DNA of 64,000 nucleotides from an uncultured Candidatus Saccharibacteria bacterium (GCA_964416765.1 CAYQEU010000001.1:1675-65674), one strand, 5' to 3'. Shown: positions 52,349-63,595, numbered from the stretch's first letter. A program made the numbers and translations. The notes: a model not told the origin generated them from the letters alone.

Positions 52349-55189
52349 ATGGCAAATTCCGACAAAATAATTATCCGCGGCGCGCGCCAGCATAACCTGA
52401 AAAATGTTGATTTGGATTTGCCGCGAAATAAGCTGATTGTGATGACCGGCCTTTCGGGATCCGGTAAATCATCTCTGGCTTTTGACACTATTTACGCCGA
52501 AGGTCAGCGTCGTTATGTGGAATCTCTTTCCGCTTACGCCCGCCAGTTCATCGGCCTCATGGACAAGCCGGACGTGGACAAGATTGAAGGTTTGTCCCCG
52601 GCAATTTCGATTGACCAAAAAAGCGCGTCCCATAACCCCCGTTCCACCGTGGGTACCGTAACCGAAATTTACGATTACCTCCGCTTGCTTTACGCGCGCA
52701 TAGGCATCCCGCACTGTCCGGTTTGCGGACGTAAGATTTCGGGCCAAACCCTCCAGTCCATGGTTGACCATTTACTCGGCCTGCCCAAAGATACTCGTGT
52801 CATTTTGCTGGCCCCTTTCGTACGGGACCAGAAAGGCGAGCATAAATTAGTGTTTGACCAAGCCAAAAAAGCCGGCTTCTCGCGCGTTCGCGTGGACGGC
52901 GCCATTATGGATTTGAACGAAGCTCAGCGCCTGAATTTGGATAAACAGAAGAAGCACAGTATCGACGTTGTAGTAGACCGCGTGACCATAGACAAAGAAG
53001 AAAAGGGGCGCATTTCCGAAAGTTTGGAAAAGGCTTTAGACCTGGGTGACCAGTTGGCCATTGCTCTGATAGGGGACAAGAATCCCAAAGAAATGATGTT
53101 ATCCCAGAAATTTGCCTGTCCGCAGGGCCATGATGTTTCCTTAACCGAGCTGGACCCCCGTGACTTTTCCTTTAACAGCCCGCATGGCGCCTGCCCGGAT
53201 TGTAAGGGGCTTGGCACCAAGCTTACTATTGAGCCTGACCTTGTAATTCCAAACCCACGGCTGACCCTGGCCGAGGGAGCGGTACGCCCGTGGAGCAAAA
53301 CCACGTCGCGCTTGTCGTGGTATATGCGGGTGTTAAACGCGGTAGCCAAGGAATACGGTTTCTCCACCGATGTCCCCGTGCAGGAACTTCCCAAGAAATA
53401 TATTGATGTCGTCCTGTATGGTACCGGAGACCGTCGCGTTCGCGTACCTGGCGAAAACGCATTTAGCTCTGGCTATGACGCCAAATTTGAAGGGGTGATC
53501 CCTAACCTGGAGCGCCGCTATAAAGAAACCGATTCGGACTACATGCGTGGTGAAATTGAAAATTACATGCGCATCCGCACCTGCCAAACCTGCCAAGGCA
53601 AGCGTTTGAAGCCGGAAGTGGTCGCGGTTACCGTCAATGACGCCAGTATTGTGGATGTATCGCAAATGACCATTGAAGCGGCTGCTGAGTTTTTCAACCA
53701 GCTGCCTAAAAAGCTTTCGGCCAAAGAAACCACAATCGCGCGTTTGATTTTGAAGGAAATCGTGGCGCGACTGTCGTTCCTTTTGAACGTGGGGTTGTCC
53801 TACCTGTCCCTGGACCGGGGAGCCGACACTTTGTCCGGCGGGGAAGCCCAGCGCATCCGTTTGGCCACGCAGATCGGTTCGGGCCTCACCGGCGTGCTCT
53901 ATATATTAGATGAACCGTCCATTGGTTTGCACCAGCGCGACAATGGCCGCCTGTTAAAGACCCTTAAAGAATTGCGGGACCTCGGCAATACTGTCATTGT
54001 GGTTGAACATGATGAAGAAACCATTCGGGAATCGGATTGGGTAGTTGATATCGGTCCTGGTGCCGGAAACAATGGGGGACACGTTGTGGCGGAAGGCACT
54101 CCGGCACAGATAGTGAAGAGTAAAGATTCCATAACCGGCCAGTTTCTATCGGGTAAAGAAACCATTGAAGTACCGAAGCGCCGCCGCAGCGGCAACGGCA
54201 AGAAGCTGTCCATTGTGGGCGCTTCAGAGTTCAACCTAAAAGACATAACCGTTGATATCCCGCTCGGCAAGTTTGTTTGCCTTACCGGCATGTCCGGCTC
54301 GGGGAAGTCCACGCTGCTAAATGACATTTTGGCAAAATCATTGTCACAGTATTTCTATAACAGCAAGGACCAACCGGGAGCCCACAAAAAAATCTTGGGT
54401 ATTGACCACATCGATAAGATTATCGACATTGACCAGTCGCCGATTGGCCGCACGCCCCGTTCCAACCCAGCCACTTACACAGGCGTTTTTACCTTTATTC
54501 GTGATCTGTTTGCCGAAACCAAGGAAGCGAAGATGAAAGGATACAAATCAGGACGGTTCAGCTTTAACGTTAAGGGCGGGCGGTGTGAAAAATGTTCCGG
54601 TGATGGCGTGTTACGCGTGGAAATGAACTTCTTGCCGGACGTCTATATCACTTGTGAAGAATGCCACGGCAAACGCTACAACCGGGAAGCTTTGGAAATC
54701 CATTACAAAGACAAGACTATCGCCGACGTGTTGGAAATGACGGTAGACGAAGCCCGCATTTTCTTTGCTCACATCCCGAGCATAAAGCGCAAGTTGGATA
54801 CCTTGTCGGAAGTAGGGTTGGGCTACATGCATTTGGGACAAAACGCCACGACTTTGTCGGGTGGTGAAGCCCAGCGCATTAAGCTGGCCAGCGAATTATC
54901 ACGCGCTTCCACCGGCCGCACCCTTTACATACTTGATGAACCCACGACGGGCTTGCACTTTGCCGACGTTAAACGTTTGATCGCGGTATTAAACCGTTTG
55001 GTGGAAAAGGGTAATACCGTGGTGGTAATTGAACATAACCTCGACATGATTAAAACCTCAGACTGGATAGTCGACATGGGTCCGGAAGGCGGGGATAAGG
55101 GTGGCGAAATAGTGGCCGCCGGTACCCCGGAAGACGTGGCCAAAGTAAAACGCAGTTATACTGGTCAGTACCTAAAAAACATACTGTAG
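52349..55189 (+). CDS. uvrA: Excinuclease ABC subunit A
   Basis: [18 protein letters not shown], two LSGGEAQRI signatures, zinc fingers. Confidence 0.98.
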   Translation: MANSDKIIIRGARQHNLKNVDLDLPRNKLIVMTGLSGSGKSSLAFDTIYAEGQRRYVESLSAYARQFIGLMDKPDVDKIEGLSPAISIDQKSASHNPRSTVGTVTEIYDYLRLLYARIGIPHCPVCGRKISGQTLQSMVDHLLGLPKDTRVILLAPFVRDQKGEHKLVFDQAKKAGFSRVRVDGAIMDLNEAQRLNLDKQKKHSIDVVVDRVTIDKEEKGRISESLEKALDLGDQLAIALIGDKNPKEMMLSQKFACPQGHDVSLTELDPRDFSFNSPHGACPDCKGLGTKLTIEPDLVIPNPRLTLAEGAVRPWSKTTSRLSWYMRVLNAVAKEYGFSTDVPVQELPKKYIDVVLYGTGDRRVRVPGENAFSSGYDAKFEGVIPNLERRYKETDSDYMRGEIENYMRIRTCQTCQGKRLKPEVVAVTVNDASIVDVSQMTIEAAAEFFNQLPKKLSAKETTIARLILKEIVARLSFLLNVGLSYLSLDRGADTLSGGEAQRIRLATQIGSGLTGVLYILDEPSIGLHQRDNGRLLKTLKELRDLGNTVIVVEHDEETIRESDWVVDIGPGAGNNGGHVVAEGTPAQIVKSKDSITGQFLSGKETIEVPKRRRSGNGKKLSIVGASEFNLKDITVDIPLGKFVCLTGMSGSGKSTLLNDILAKSLSQYFYNSKDQPGAHKKILGIDHIDKIIDIDQSPIGRTPRSNPATYTGVFTFIRDLFAETKEAKMKGYKSGRFSFNVKGGRCEKCSGDGVLRVEMNFLPDVYITCEECHGKRYNREALEIHYKDKTIADVLEMTVDEARIFFAHIPSIKRKLDTLSEVGLGYMHLGQNATTLSGGEAQRIKLASELSRASTGRTLYILDEPTTGLHFADVKRLIAVLNRLVEKGNTVVVIEHNLDMIKTSDWIVDMGPEGGDKGGEIVAAGTPEDVAKVKRSYTGQYLKNIL

Positions 55190-55214
55190 AAAAACCCGCC
55201 ACCCGGCGGGTTTT
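55190..55214 (+). terminator. Intrinsic terminator
   Basis: AAAACCCGCC-accc-GGCGGGTTTT. Confidence 0.78.
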
Positions 55215-55290
55215 AAAATGCAACATAATCAGTATAAATGCGATATATTAGTAGAAGGTTTTAGCAAGCTTTTTTGTTATCTGCTTATTT

Positions 55291-57516
55291 ATGATTACTG
55301 ATTCAGCTAAGGCTTCAATTGTATTTATTTCAACCTACCCTTCACGTAAGTGTGGCATAGCCACTTTTACTCAGGACCTGGCCAATGCATTTGACTCCTT
55401 ATTTATGCCGGGGATAGAGTCAAAAGTTGTGGCCATGTCTGACAATCCCACCGAGCCCTATATCTATGATGACAGGGTGCTTTTTGAGATTGAACAAGAC
55501 AATGAATATTCCTACAAACAGGCTGCCGAAAAATTGAATGCCATGCCGGAGGTACAGCTCGTCTCCGTGCAGCATGAATTTGGGATTTACGGCGGTGAAT
55601 TGGGCCAGCACTTGCTGGTGTTTTTGGAGAATCTCACCAAACCCGCAGTTCTTACTCTTCATACGGTCCTGCCAAGCCCTACTCTCGCAATGAAAAAAAT
55701 AGTGGAGCAGTTGGCAGCGCAAGTTCGTGAGCTGGTTGTCATGACCCATTCTTCCTACCAGGTGCTTCGTCATGATTATAATCTGCCACATACTCCGATT
55801 AGAATAATTCCCCATGGTCTGCACGCAACGGAATATACTGTACCGGAAGAGCATAAACACGCAATTGGTCTGGAAGGGAAGAAAGTCTTGGCGACATTCG
55901 GTTTTGTAAGTCGGAGCAAAGGTTTGGAATATGTTCTCCAGGCCATGCCCAAAGTTATCGATAGCCATCCCGAAGCTATTTACGCCATAATTGGCGCGAC
56001 CCATCCTCACGTATTGCGCCAGGAGGGCGAAGCTTACCGCGAGTTTTTGGAACAAACAGTCAATGACTTAGGTCTCCAAAATAATGTCCGCTTTTACAAT
56101 GAGTATATGCCCACCAGCGATCTGTTGAATTTTTTTAAGGGTATGGATATATATATTGGCACTTCCACCAACCCTGACCAGGCGGTTTCTGGCACTTTGA
56201 CCTATGCGCTGGGTTCTGGTCGCCCCGTTGTATCCACCTCCTTCTCTCAATCCCGGGAACTTATTACCGATGAGGTGGGTCGCATAGTTCCCATTGGCTC
56301 CCCTGAAAGTTACGCCAAGGCATTATGTGAACTACTGGAGGATGAAAACCTGACCAAGGAAATGGGGAAAGAAGCATATGTAAAAACTCGTTCCATGACA
56401 TGGCCTAACGTAGCCATGGCGTATATGCAAATGTTTGGTTCCCAAGTCCCGGATTTGAGGGCGACTAACCGCACTTTGCCAGCGGTTAAGCTTGATCATC
56501 TCAGACGCATGACCGACGAGTTTGGCATGTTTCAATTTGCAGTTCATACAACACCGGATCCTGATTCAGGCTACACTGTAGATGACAACGCTCGGGCCTT
56601 GGTTGCCGCATGTCTGTATGGCCAAACTCCAAATGCTTCTGGGGAAGCGGAGCAACTGGCCAGGGTTTACCTGAACTTTATCGAACACGTGAAGATGGAA
56701 AACGGCCAGTATCATAATTATGTAAACAGCGACCATAGCGTTAACGTGGAACGGGATACAAAGGAAGGAGTACAAGATCCTACCGGACGGGCCCTCTGGG
56801 GTTTGGCAACTGCCGCTACCAGCCCATTTTTAAGCGAGGAGCTCCGAGAAAAAGCAAGAGCTATGTTCCGCCATAGCTTGGAACAAAAAGTTAGATTTAC
56901 TGATTTAAAAACTTTGGGCTTTTTTTGCAAAGCCTTAGGTTTATGGCTGCTGGATAACCCCGATGACCAACTCGCGACCCAAGCCCTAAAGGAATCGGTG
57001 CAAATTATTACCGATGCATATCTTCAACACGCTCAGCCTGACTGGCCATGGTTTGGGGATCAGCTAAATTATTCCAACGCGTTGCTCCCCGAGGCTTTGC
57101 TTTGGGCATACCAGATTTTGGGTGATCAGCAGCTTTATGATATTGCAGAAACAACTGTGGAATTTTTAATTTCCCAAACATTTCTGGGGCACATATACGT
57201 ACCGATTGGGCAGAATGGGTGGTATACGAAAGGCAAGGCAAGAGCCTTATATGACCAACAGCCAGAAGACCCGTGTGCCATGGTTCAAGCATTGCGAAAA
57301 ATGTACGACTTAACAAAAAATCCCCGCTACCGCATGTTGATGCGCCGGGCATTCTTTTGGTTCCTCGGGAACAATTTACCCGACCAGATTATTTATGATG
57401 AAGGCAGCGGCGGTTGTTATGATGGATTGCATGAGCATTCCATTAACCTAAACCAAGGGGCGGAGTCTACAGTATCTTATCTAATCGCCCGCCTGTTAGT
57501 CGGCCAACCAGACTAG
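55291..57516 (+). CDS. GT4 glycosyltransferase fused to a six-hairpin glycosidase-like domain
   Basis: TYPSRKCGIATF, QHEFGIYG, SGTLTYA. C-terminal GYTVDDNARAL, YDQQPE, GCYDGL...NLNQGAEST. Confidence 0.88.
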   Translation: MITDSAKASIVFISTYPSRKCGIATFTQDLANAFDSLFMPGIESKVVAMSDNPTEPYIYDDRVLFEIEQDNEYSYKQAAEKLNAMPEVQLVSVQHEFGIYGGELGQHLLVFLENLTKPAVLTLHTVLPSPTLAMKKIVEQLAAQVRELVVMTHSSYQVLRHDYNLPHTPIRIIPHGLHATEYTVPEEHKHAIGLEGKKVLATFGFVSRSKGLEYVLQAMPKVIDSHPEAIYAIIGATHPHVLRQEGEAYREFLEQTVNDLGLQNNVRFYNEYMPTSDLLNFFKGMDIYIGTSTNPDQAVSGTLTYALGSGRPVVSTSFSQSRELITDEVGRIVPIGSPESYAKALCELLEDENLTKEMGKEAYVKTRSMTWPNVAMAYMQMFGSQVPDLRATNRTLPAVKLDHLRRMTDEFGMFQFAVHTTPDPDSGYTVDDNARALVAACLYGQTPNASGEAEQLARVYLNFIEHVKMENGQYHNYVNSDHSVNVERDTKEGVQDPTGRALWGLATAATSPFLSEELREKARAMFRHSLEQKVRFTDLKTLGFFCKALGLWLLDNPDDQLATQALKESVQIITDAYLQHAQPDWPWFGDQLNYSNALLPEALLWAYQILGDQQLYDIAETTVEFLISQTFLGHIYVPIGQNGWYTKGKARALYDQQPEDPCAMVQALRKMYDLTKNPRYRMLMRRAFFWFLGNNLPDQIIYDEGSGGCYDGLHEHSINLNQGAESTVSYLIARLLVGQPD

Positions 57517-58540
57517 TTCCGTTTCGGTACTGGGCGAAAAATGGGTTTGGACACCGCAGCACTCCCGTGGTGGTGTCGCTTAAACCGCCATAGAGCCATG
57601 CGCGTGCGCGGTTCAGCCTGTTTATGACAATGCGGGAAGGGAACAAAACTTCCTTGAGGTCATCTTCGCTTTCGCAATCGGGGAGGATTTTAACGGGACT
57701 TTCGGGGAAAGCCTGGCGGGTAGCCAATACCTTTTTGTCCGTAATATTCCCATTTTCAGGATCATAAATAAAAGTTGCTGCGTTGTAGAAACGTTTGGTT
57801 CCTTCAGCTCGGGCAATGTGGTACAACACCCCAACCTTGCCATTCGGAAGCAGGTAAAGGTCGTTTACCCCCGCCCATTCTCCATCGGCACACAGAGTTC
57901 CCAGTATGGGGGCGTTGTTGATGCTGTCGGGGTTGAGGTCCTCGAGCGCGTCTAAAATAGTAACCGCCACTTTACCGCGTCCCGCTTCACCTCCCTGGGG
58001 ACGGGTGAATACCAGGATTTTTTTCGGTTTGTCCCCGCGAGCAGGCAAACCAATCAGGCGAATATCCTTCATTCCCACTGGTCCGTGCCGAAACTCCTGC
58101 AGATTGTAAATGTTGGTTCCCCGGTAAAAGACAGTAAGGTAGCTGTAAATAAAACCGGTTTCGTCACGGAGGGTTTTAACCCCACCTATTATAAGCTGAT
58201 CGTCAACCCATGACTGGAACGGATCCTCGAGTTCGAATACCGGCGCGATAGGGTCAAGCTCCCACGTTTTGGGAGCAACCTTTCGGAAAAACATGGTTAG
58301 AGCATCTTGGTGACCACGCGATTCTACCCGTGCCGCAATGTACTCTTGGTCTCCGACCGAAAATGGTCCTGAAGTGTTGTAAACATCCTTGGACCCAGAT
58401 CCAATAAATTTTACGAATTCTCCCTTAGGCAAACCAAAAGTACCGCGAACGTGGCTGAGTGCCGAATTGTATATAGTTTCCGGCATGTGAGGGGTGCTTT
58501 TTATTCCCCTAACTAGTTTGTCAGTAAGTTTTTTAGGCAC
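57467..58540 (-). CDS. DUF1861 / MTP (GT108) beta-1,2-mannosyltransferase-phosphorylase-like protein
   Basis: DVYN..PF, ARVESR, LEDPF, GP.GMKDIRL, VFTRPQG...GRGK, EW.G.N...L.NGKVGVL.HIA. Start uncertain. Confidence 0.78.
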   Translation of the reverse strand: MPKKLTDKLVRGIKSTPHMPETIYNSALSHVRGTFGLPKGEFVKFIGSGSKDVYNTSGPFSVGDQEYIAARVESRGHQDALTMFFRKVAPKTWELDPIAPVFELEDPFQSWVDDQLIIGGVKTLRDETGFIYSYLTVFYRGTNIYNLQEFRHGPVGMKDIRLIGLPARGDKPKKILVFTRPQGGEAGRGKVAVTILDALEDLNPDSINNAPILGTLCADGEWAGVNDLYLLPNGKVGVLYHIARAEGTKRFYNAATFIYDPENGNITDKKVLATRQAFPESPVKILPDCESEDDLKEVLFPSRIVINRLNRARAWLYGGLSDTTTGVLRCPNPFFAQYRNGTSLVGRLTGGRLDKIL

Positions 58541-58616
58541 GGGAGAATTGAGGAATAATATTCCATATTATTTCCAACGTCATTAACAGGTTGGAATTAC
58601 ACTAGAAACGTTCCCG

Positions 58617-59675
58617 TTATCCGAAACTGAATTGGTCGATCTCAAACGGCCAGGTCTGGACTTCAATTTCAATGACATGTTCGCCGTAATCACCGGAATC
58701 AAACAGGGTATAGTTATCAAGTCCTTCCACGGTGACCGGAAGCTGGGTTTTACCATCCACGGTGATTTTTAGGTTGGTCGCGGCTTTGCTATTGGCGCGC
58801 ATGTAAACCTTGGCGGCATCAAATTTCAGCATGATCTTCCCGATGCCGGCCGTTAGGGTTGCCTTTTCATTGTCGAGTTTCCACGTGCCTTCTAAGGCGT
58901 AAGTATTCGTAGATAGATTGGGGGGCAGTTTGTATTTTTTGGGTTTGTTGTCTGGCAGGGTTTCATTGGCAAAATAATCCAAATGTTTTAAGCCAACGGC
59001 AAGGGTGGGTGACCTGACCTGGTTGGGGTCCGAAATCGGCGAAAGCGGCGAAAGCGGGTCTGTTTCCAGCCCGAGCAAAAGCCGGATCGCTTTCTCAGTT
59101 GTTTTAATGCCCCCGTCGCCATAGTGGGTATAGATTATTTTTCCGTCCTGGTTGATGAGGTACATAGCCGGCCAAAACTGGTTTTTGTACGCATTCCAAG
59201 TCGCGTATGCGTTGTCCAGGGCGACCGGGTAATTTATTTGAAACCGGCTAATTACACCTTGGACATTGTCCGCGTTCTTTTCGAACACGTATTCAGGGGT
59301 GTGGACTCCCACTACCGCAAAGCCGTTCTCCTTGTATTTGTCATTCCATTGGTTGAGGGTGGGGAGGTTGTTGATGCAGGAAAAGCAGGAGTAGGTCCAG
59401 AAATTTACCAAAATAACCTTGCCCTGCAAACCGGCAATGGTCTGGGGATCCCCATTTAGCCACTTATCGATTTTTTTGAATTCCGGTGCCGGTCCTAAAT
59501 TTTTGAAAGTTACCCGACCGGGGCGGTCGCCGTTTAGATCCTGGTTTTCGTCGGTACCGGAAGACTGCCCTTGTTTAAGCGGATAGGGGAGTTGGTTATG
59601 AGCGCGCAAATAAAAATAAGTCCCGGCGATCCCAAGCAATACGACAACTATAATAATGTAGATCCATTTCATCAT
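58617..59675 (-). CDS. Membrane-anchored DipZ-like thioredoxin with C-terminal carbohydrate-binding-like domain
   Basis: FWTYSCFSC, VGVHTPEY, YPVALDN, WPAMYLI. No CcdA domain. Confidence 0.85.
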   Translation of the reverse strand: MMKWIYIIIVVVLLGIAGTYFYLRAHNQLPYPLKQGQSSGTDENQDLNGDRPGRVTFKNLGPAPEFKKIDKWLNGDPQTIAGLQGKVILVNFWTYSCFSCINNLPTLNQWNDKYKENGFAVVGVHTPEYVFEKNADNVQGVISRFQINYPVALDNAYATWNAYKNQFWPAMYLINQDGKIIYTHYGDGGIKTTEKAIRLLLGLETDPLSPLSPISDPNQVRSPTLAVGLKHLDYFANETLPDNKPKKYKLPPNLSTNTYALEGTWKLDNEKATLTAGIGKIMLKFDAAKVYMRANSKAATNLKITVDGKTQLPVTVEGLDNYTLFDSGDYGEHVIEIEVQTWPFEIDQFSFG

Positions 59676-59702
59676 TTCGCTTTATTATACCACTTATTTT
59701 GG

Positions 59703-59743
59703 TTAGCACTCTCCTTGACAGAGTGCTAATTTTTGTTTATCAT
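59703..59743 (+). promoter_or_regulatory. CIRCE element overlapping the sigma70 promoter
   Basis: Perfect TTAGCACTC-N9-GAGTGCTAA at 59703-59729. TTGACA lies in the spacer, with TATCAT 17 nt later. Confidence 0.95.
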
Positions 59744-59749
59744 CCAAAT

Positions 59750-60505
59750 ATGCAAAAAGCATCTGCCCCAAGCTCCCGCCAAGCGAAAATCTTGGCTGCT
59801 ATCGTGAAGTTGAACTGCGAAACCGGCCAACCGGTTGCCAGCCGCGACTTGGTGGAGAAATATAATTTTGATATTAGCTCCGCCACGATCCGCAACGAAA
59901 TGGCAGCACTGGAAAAAGCCGGTTACATTATGCAGCCCCACACTTCCGCCGGGCGAGTCCCGACTGACGAAGGGTTCCGCTATTTTGTGAACCAGCTTAT
60001 GCACCAGGTAAAGCTTACCGTCCGGGAGCAGGAGAACCTGCGCCGGGAAATAGTAAAGCTTCAAGTGGTTAACGCTGAAATCGGACGACGTTTGGCCAAA
60101 ATGCTGGCCAGCAACAGCGGCCAGGCTTCATTTGCTATCCTTCCTGAGGATGTTTCCGCGGTTGGCATGTCTAATCTGCTCAGCCAGGAAAACATTCCGG
60201 CGGAAGATGCCCGGGAAATAGCCAAATTCTTTGATCAGCTCGATGAATACGCCGACATGCTTGTCGACCAGTACGGTGACAAAGAGCCAGAAGCGTTTAT
60301 CGGCAAGGAGCTGAAACTTTCCAAGACTTCAGACTACTCCATGATTGTTTCCGGGCTAAAGCTTCCATCCGGCAAAAAGGGGGTTATCGGCCTCATCGGC
60401 CCCAAGAGCATGGAATATCCCAAAAATATTTCCCTGCTGGAATATATTTCCAAATTGATGGGCGGAGGAATGGCCGTGATTATAATGATTCACTTAATTA
60501 AATAA
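59750..60505 (+). CDS. hrcA: Heat-inducible transcription repressor HrcA (short form)
   Basis: SSATIRNEMA.LE..GYI.QPHTSAGRVPT..G.RYFV, GLIGPKSMEY, CIRCE upstream. Confidence 0.93.
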   Translation: MQKASAPSSRQAKILAAIVKLNCETGQPVASRDLVEKYNFDISSATIRNEMAALEKAGYIMQPHTSAGRVPTDEGFRYFVNQLMHQVKLTVREQENLRREIVKLQVVNAEIGRRLAKMLASNSGQASFAILPEDVSAVGMSNLLSQENIPAEDAREIAKFFDQLDEYADMLVDQYGDKEPEAFIGKELKLSKTSDYSMIVSGLKLPSGKKGVIGLIGPKSMEYPKNISLLEYISKLMGGGMAVIIMIHLIK

Positions 60506-60510
60506 TATAG

Positions 60511-61032
60511 ATGGACAAAAACGACGAGATTGAGGACATGGAAATGTCTGCCGGGGACGCGGAACACTCTTTGGAAGAGTTAGCCCAGCGCTTGGCCGAG
60601 GTCCAGGAAGAAGCCCAGACCAATTTGTCGGGTTGGCAGAGAAGCCAGGCAGACTTTGAGAACTATAAGCGGCGCAAAGAGAACGAGAACCAGGAATTAG
60701 TTGAATTCGCCCGCGAAGTTACCGTGGCAAAGCTGTTACCAACGCTAGACAGCTTAGAACAAGCCCTCCGCCACATGCCCGAAGGCATTGATGAAAAGTG
60801 GAAGAATGGCGTGCTCGGCACGCTCCAGCAGTTGGATAAAGCTTTAGCCGAACTGGGCGTAAAGAAAATTGAAGCCCTGGGAAAAAAGTTCGACCCGAAT
60901 TTCCATGAAGCAGTCCAGGAAGTGCCAGGCGAAGAGGATGGGGTGGTCACCCAAGAATTCATGACCGGTTATGAGATTAACGGCAAGGTTATAAGGCCAA
61001 GCCAAGTAGCAATAAGTAAGAAAGGAAATTAA
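60511..61032 (+). CDS. grpE: Nucleotide exchange factor GrpE
   Basis: [20 protein letters not shown]...VIRPSQV. Confidence 0.95.
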   Translation: MDKNDEIEDMEMSAGDAEHSLEELAQRLAEVQEEAQTNLSGWQRSQADFENYKRRKENENQELVEFAREVTVAKLLPTLDSLEQALRHMPEGIDEKWKNGVLGTLQQLDKALAELGVKKIEALGKKFDPNFHEAVQEVPGEEDGVVTQEFMTGYEINGKVIRPSQVAISKKGN

Positions 61033-61037
61033 TATAT

Positions 61038-62939
61038 ATGCCAAAAATCATAGGAATTGACTTAGGAACCTCCAACTCAGCAGCGAGCGTCATGGAAGCC
61101 GGCAAGCCGGTTATCATCCCCGCGGCTGAAGGAGCTTCTGTCGGCGGGAAGGCTTTCCCGTCGTATGTAGCCTTCACTAAAGAAGGTGAATTATTAGTAG
61201 GCGAACCAGCTCGCCGCCAGGCAGTAACCAACCCGGAAGGAACCATCTTCGAAGCGAAACGCAAGATGGGAACCACTTTCCGTTACAACATCAACGGAAA
61301 GGAATACTCTCCGGAACAAATCAGCGCTTTCATTTTGCAAAAGATTAAGCGCGATGCCGAAAGTTTCATTGGCGACAAAGTAGAAAAAGCAGTTATTACC
61401 GTACCGGCTTACTTTGACGACGCCCAGCGCCAAGCCACTAAGCAGGCAGGGGAAATTGCCGGACTCGAAGTAGTCCGCGTAATTAATGAACCGACCGCCG
61501 CCGCTTTCGCTTACGGCCTCGACAAGACCGGTGCCTCCGACCAGAAAATTTTAGTGTTCGACCTTGGCGGCGGTACTTTGGACGTAACCATAATGGAATT
61601 CTCCGAAGTAGACGGCCAGGCTACCTTTGAAGTAAAGTCCACTTCCGGTGACACCGCTCTCGGTGGTAAGGACATGGACTCAGCCTTGATTGACTACATC
61701 ACCAATACCTTTAAAGCTGAAAACGGCGTCGATATTACCGCTGACAAGATGGCCATGAACCGTGTCCGTGAAGCCGCTGAAAAGGCCAAGATCGAACTTT
61801 CGACCACTTTGGAAACTGAGATTAACCTGCCGTTCATTACCGCGGACGCCAACGGTCCGAAACACTTGCAGATGAAGATTACCCGCGCAAAGTTGGAAGA
61901 ATTAGTGAAACCTATTTTGGAAAGAATGCGCCACCCGCTGGAACAGGCTTTAAATGACGCCAAGCTGACCCCGCAGAATATTGATAAGATCATTTTGATT
62001 GGTGGTCCGACCCGCATGCCTTCCGTGCAGAAGTTTGTTGAAGACTATATTGGCAAGCAGGTAGAGCGCGGGGTTGACCCAATGGAAGCTGTTGCCAAGG
62101 GCGCTGCCGTGCAGGCTGGCGTACTCGGCGGTGATGTTCAGGGCAAAGAAATCTTGCTGCTCGACGTTACCCCGCTGACCGTTGGTTTGGAAACTTTGGG
62201 TGGAGTAAGAACCCCGATTATCGACCGCAACACAACCATACCGACTTCCAAGTCCCAGACTTTCTCCACCGCGGCTGACAACCAGACGTCCGTGGAAATC
62301 CATGTCCTGCAAGGTGAGCGTGAATTCGCCGCAGACAATAAGTCTCTCGGCCGGTTCATTCTGGATGGCATCCCGCCGGCTCCTCGCGGCATCCCCCAGG
62401 TTGAAGTTACATTTGATATTGACGCTTCCGGTATCTTGACCGTACGCGCCAAAGATAAAGCCACGGGCAAGGAACAGCACATCACCATTCAGGGTTCTTC
62501 CAACCTTTCCAAGGATGAAGTAGAACGCATGAAGAAGGAAGCTGAAGCGCACGCGGAAGAGGACAAACAGCGCAAGGAGACTGTTGAAGTACGTAACCAG
62601 GCAGACACTTTGCTTTCAGTATCAGAAAAGACTTTGAAGGATGCCGGTGACAAAGCCAAGCCAGAAGATAAGACCGCGGTTGAAACCGCGATGGCTGAAT
62701 TGAAGGAAGTTAAGGATAAAGACGACATGGAAGCTATCCGCACGAAAATGCAGGCATTGTCTGACGCTATCCAGAAAGTTGGCGCGGCTATGTATGAAGG
62801 CCAGGAAGGCCAGCAGACTGAAGGCGCCGCTCCAGGAACGGAACAGTCCGCTGGGGATGGTTCCGCAAACGCCGGCTCATCCAATGGAACTGACGGTAAC
62901 CCGGTAGACGCCGAATATAAAGAAGTACCTAAAGAATAA
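61038..62939 (+). CDS. dnaK: Chaperone DnaK
   Basis: [43 protein letters not shown]. Confidence 0.98.
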   Translation: MPKIIGIDLGTSNSAASVMEAGKPVIIPAAEGASVGGKAFPSYVAFTKEGELLVGEPARRQAVTNPEGTIFEAKRKMGTTFRYNINGKEYSPEQISAFILQKIKRDAESFIGDKVEKAVITVPAYFDDAQRQATKQAGEIAGLEVVRVINEPTAAAFAYGLDKTGASDQKILVFDLGGGTLDVTIMEFSEVDGQATFEVKSTSGDTALGGKDMDSALIDYITNTFKAENGVDITADKMAMNRVREAAEKAKIELSTTLETEINLPFITADANGPKHLQMKITRAKLEELVKPILERMRHPLEQALNDAKLTPQNIDKIILIGGPTRMPSVQKFVEDYIGKQVERGVDPMEAVAKGAAVQAGVLGGDVQGKEILLLDVTPLTVGLETLGGVRTPIIDRNTTIPTSKSQTFSTAADNQTSVEIHVLQGEREFAADNKSLGRFILDGIPPAPRGIPQVEVTFDIDASGILTVRAKDKATGKEQHITIQGSSNLSKDEVERMKKEAEAHAEEDKQRKETVEVRNQADTLLSVSEKTLKDAGDKAKPEDKTAVETAMAELKEVKDKDDMEAIRTKMQALSDAIQKVGAAMYEGQEGQQTEGAAPGTEQSAGDGSANAGSSNGTDGNPVDAEYKEVPKE

Positions 62940-62991
62940 GAAAAGGCGAGAACTGTATATGATACAGCTCTCGTCTTCGGTTTTGCGGAAA

Positions 62992-63186
62992 TTACTTTCC
63001 TGAAAAAATTTCCTGAACCGCCTCCGTTAAATTTCTGCCGTTACAACAGTATTTCCAGTAGATTCTTGCTACATGAACTACTGTGATTACAAGCAGAAAG
63101 ATAGAGAAGCAGAGCAGGCCGACCGCCGACCCTGGTCCTAAGACAGGGTCCGTGTAAACGCTAACGCGTGCCAGCCATTCTGACAT
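62992..63186 (-). CDS. Possible small membrane protein
   Basis: GGGAGG SD before ATG, one TM helix, hairpin 62943-62978 shared with dnaK. Confidence 0.4.
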   Translation of the reverse strand: MSEWLARVSVYTDPVLGPGSAVGLLCFSIFLLVITVVHVARIYWKYCCNGRNLTEAVQEIFSGK

Positions 63187-63268
63187 AATCCTGCCTCCCG
63201 CCGAAACATATAAAACAAGCCCATTATAGAAGATCGTCTAAATAATTACAATACTTAAATAAACTCAT

Positions 63269-63592
63269 ATGGCCCAAGAACAACAGGCTCCCAACGGAGC
63301 GCAACAGCAAATCCAGCTAAAAATTAGTGACGAAGTCATGCAGGGAGTTTACTCCAACATGGCCCAAATCAGCCACACCCAGGAAGAATTCTTCCTGGAT
63401 TTCATGAATATTTTCTTTGGGCAACAGCCGCCGACCGGGAGTATTGCCAGCCGCGTTATCATCAGCCCCGCGCACATGAAGCGGTTGGTTGGAGCAATGC
63501 AGGAGAACATCAAGCGGTATGAAACCCAGTTTGGCGAGATTCCAGACAATACAGGCCCCCAAAACAGTAATTTCGGCTTCAGGACAGAATAG
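63269..63592 (+). CDS. DUF3467 family protein
   Basis: GVYSN.A.ISHT.EEFFLDF...RVIISP.H.KRL...ENIKRYE..FGEI. Confidence 0.82.
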   Translation: MAQEQQAPNGAQQQIQLKISDEVMQGVYSNMAQISHTQEEFFLDFMNIFFGQQPPTGSIASRVIISPAHMKRLVGAMQENIKRYETQFGEIPDNTGPQNSNFGFRTE

Positions 63593-63595
63593 TTA

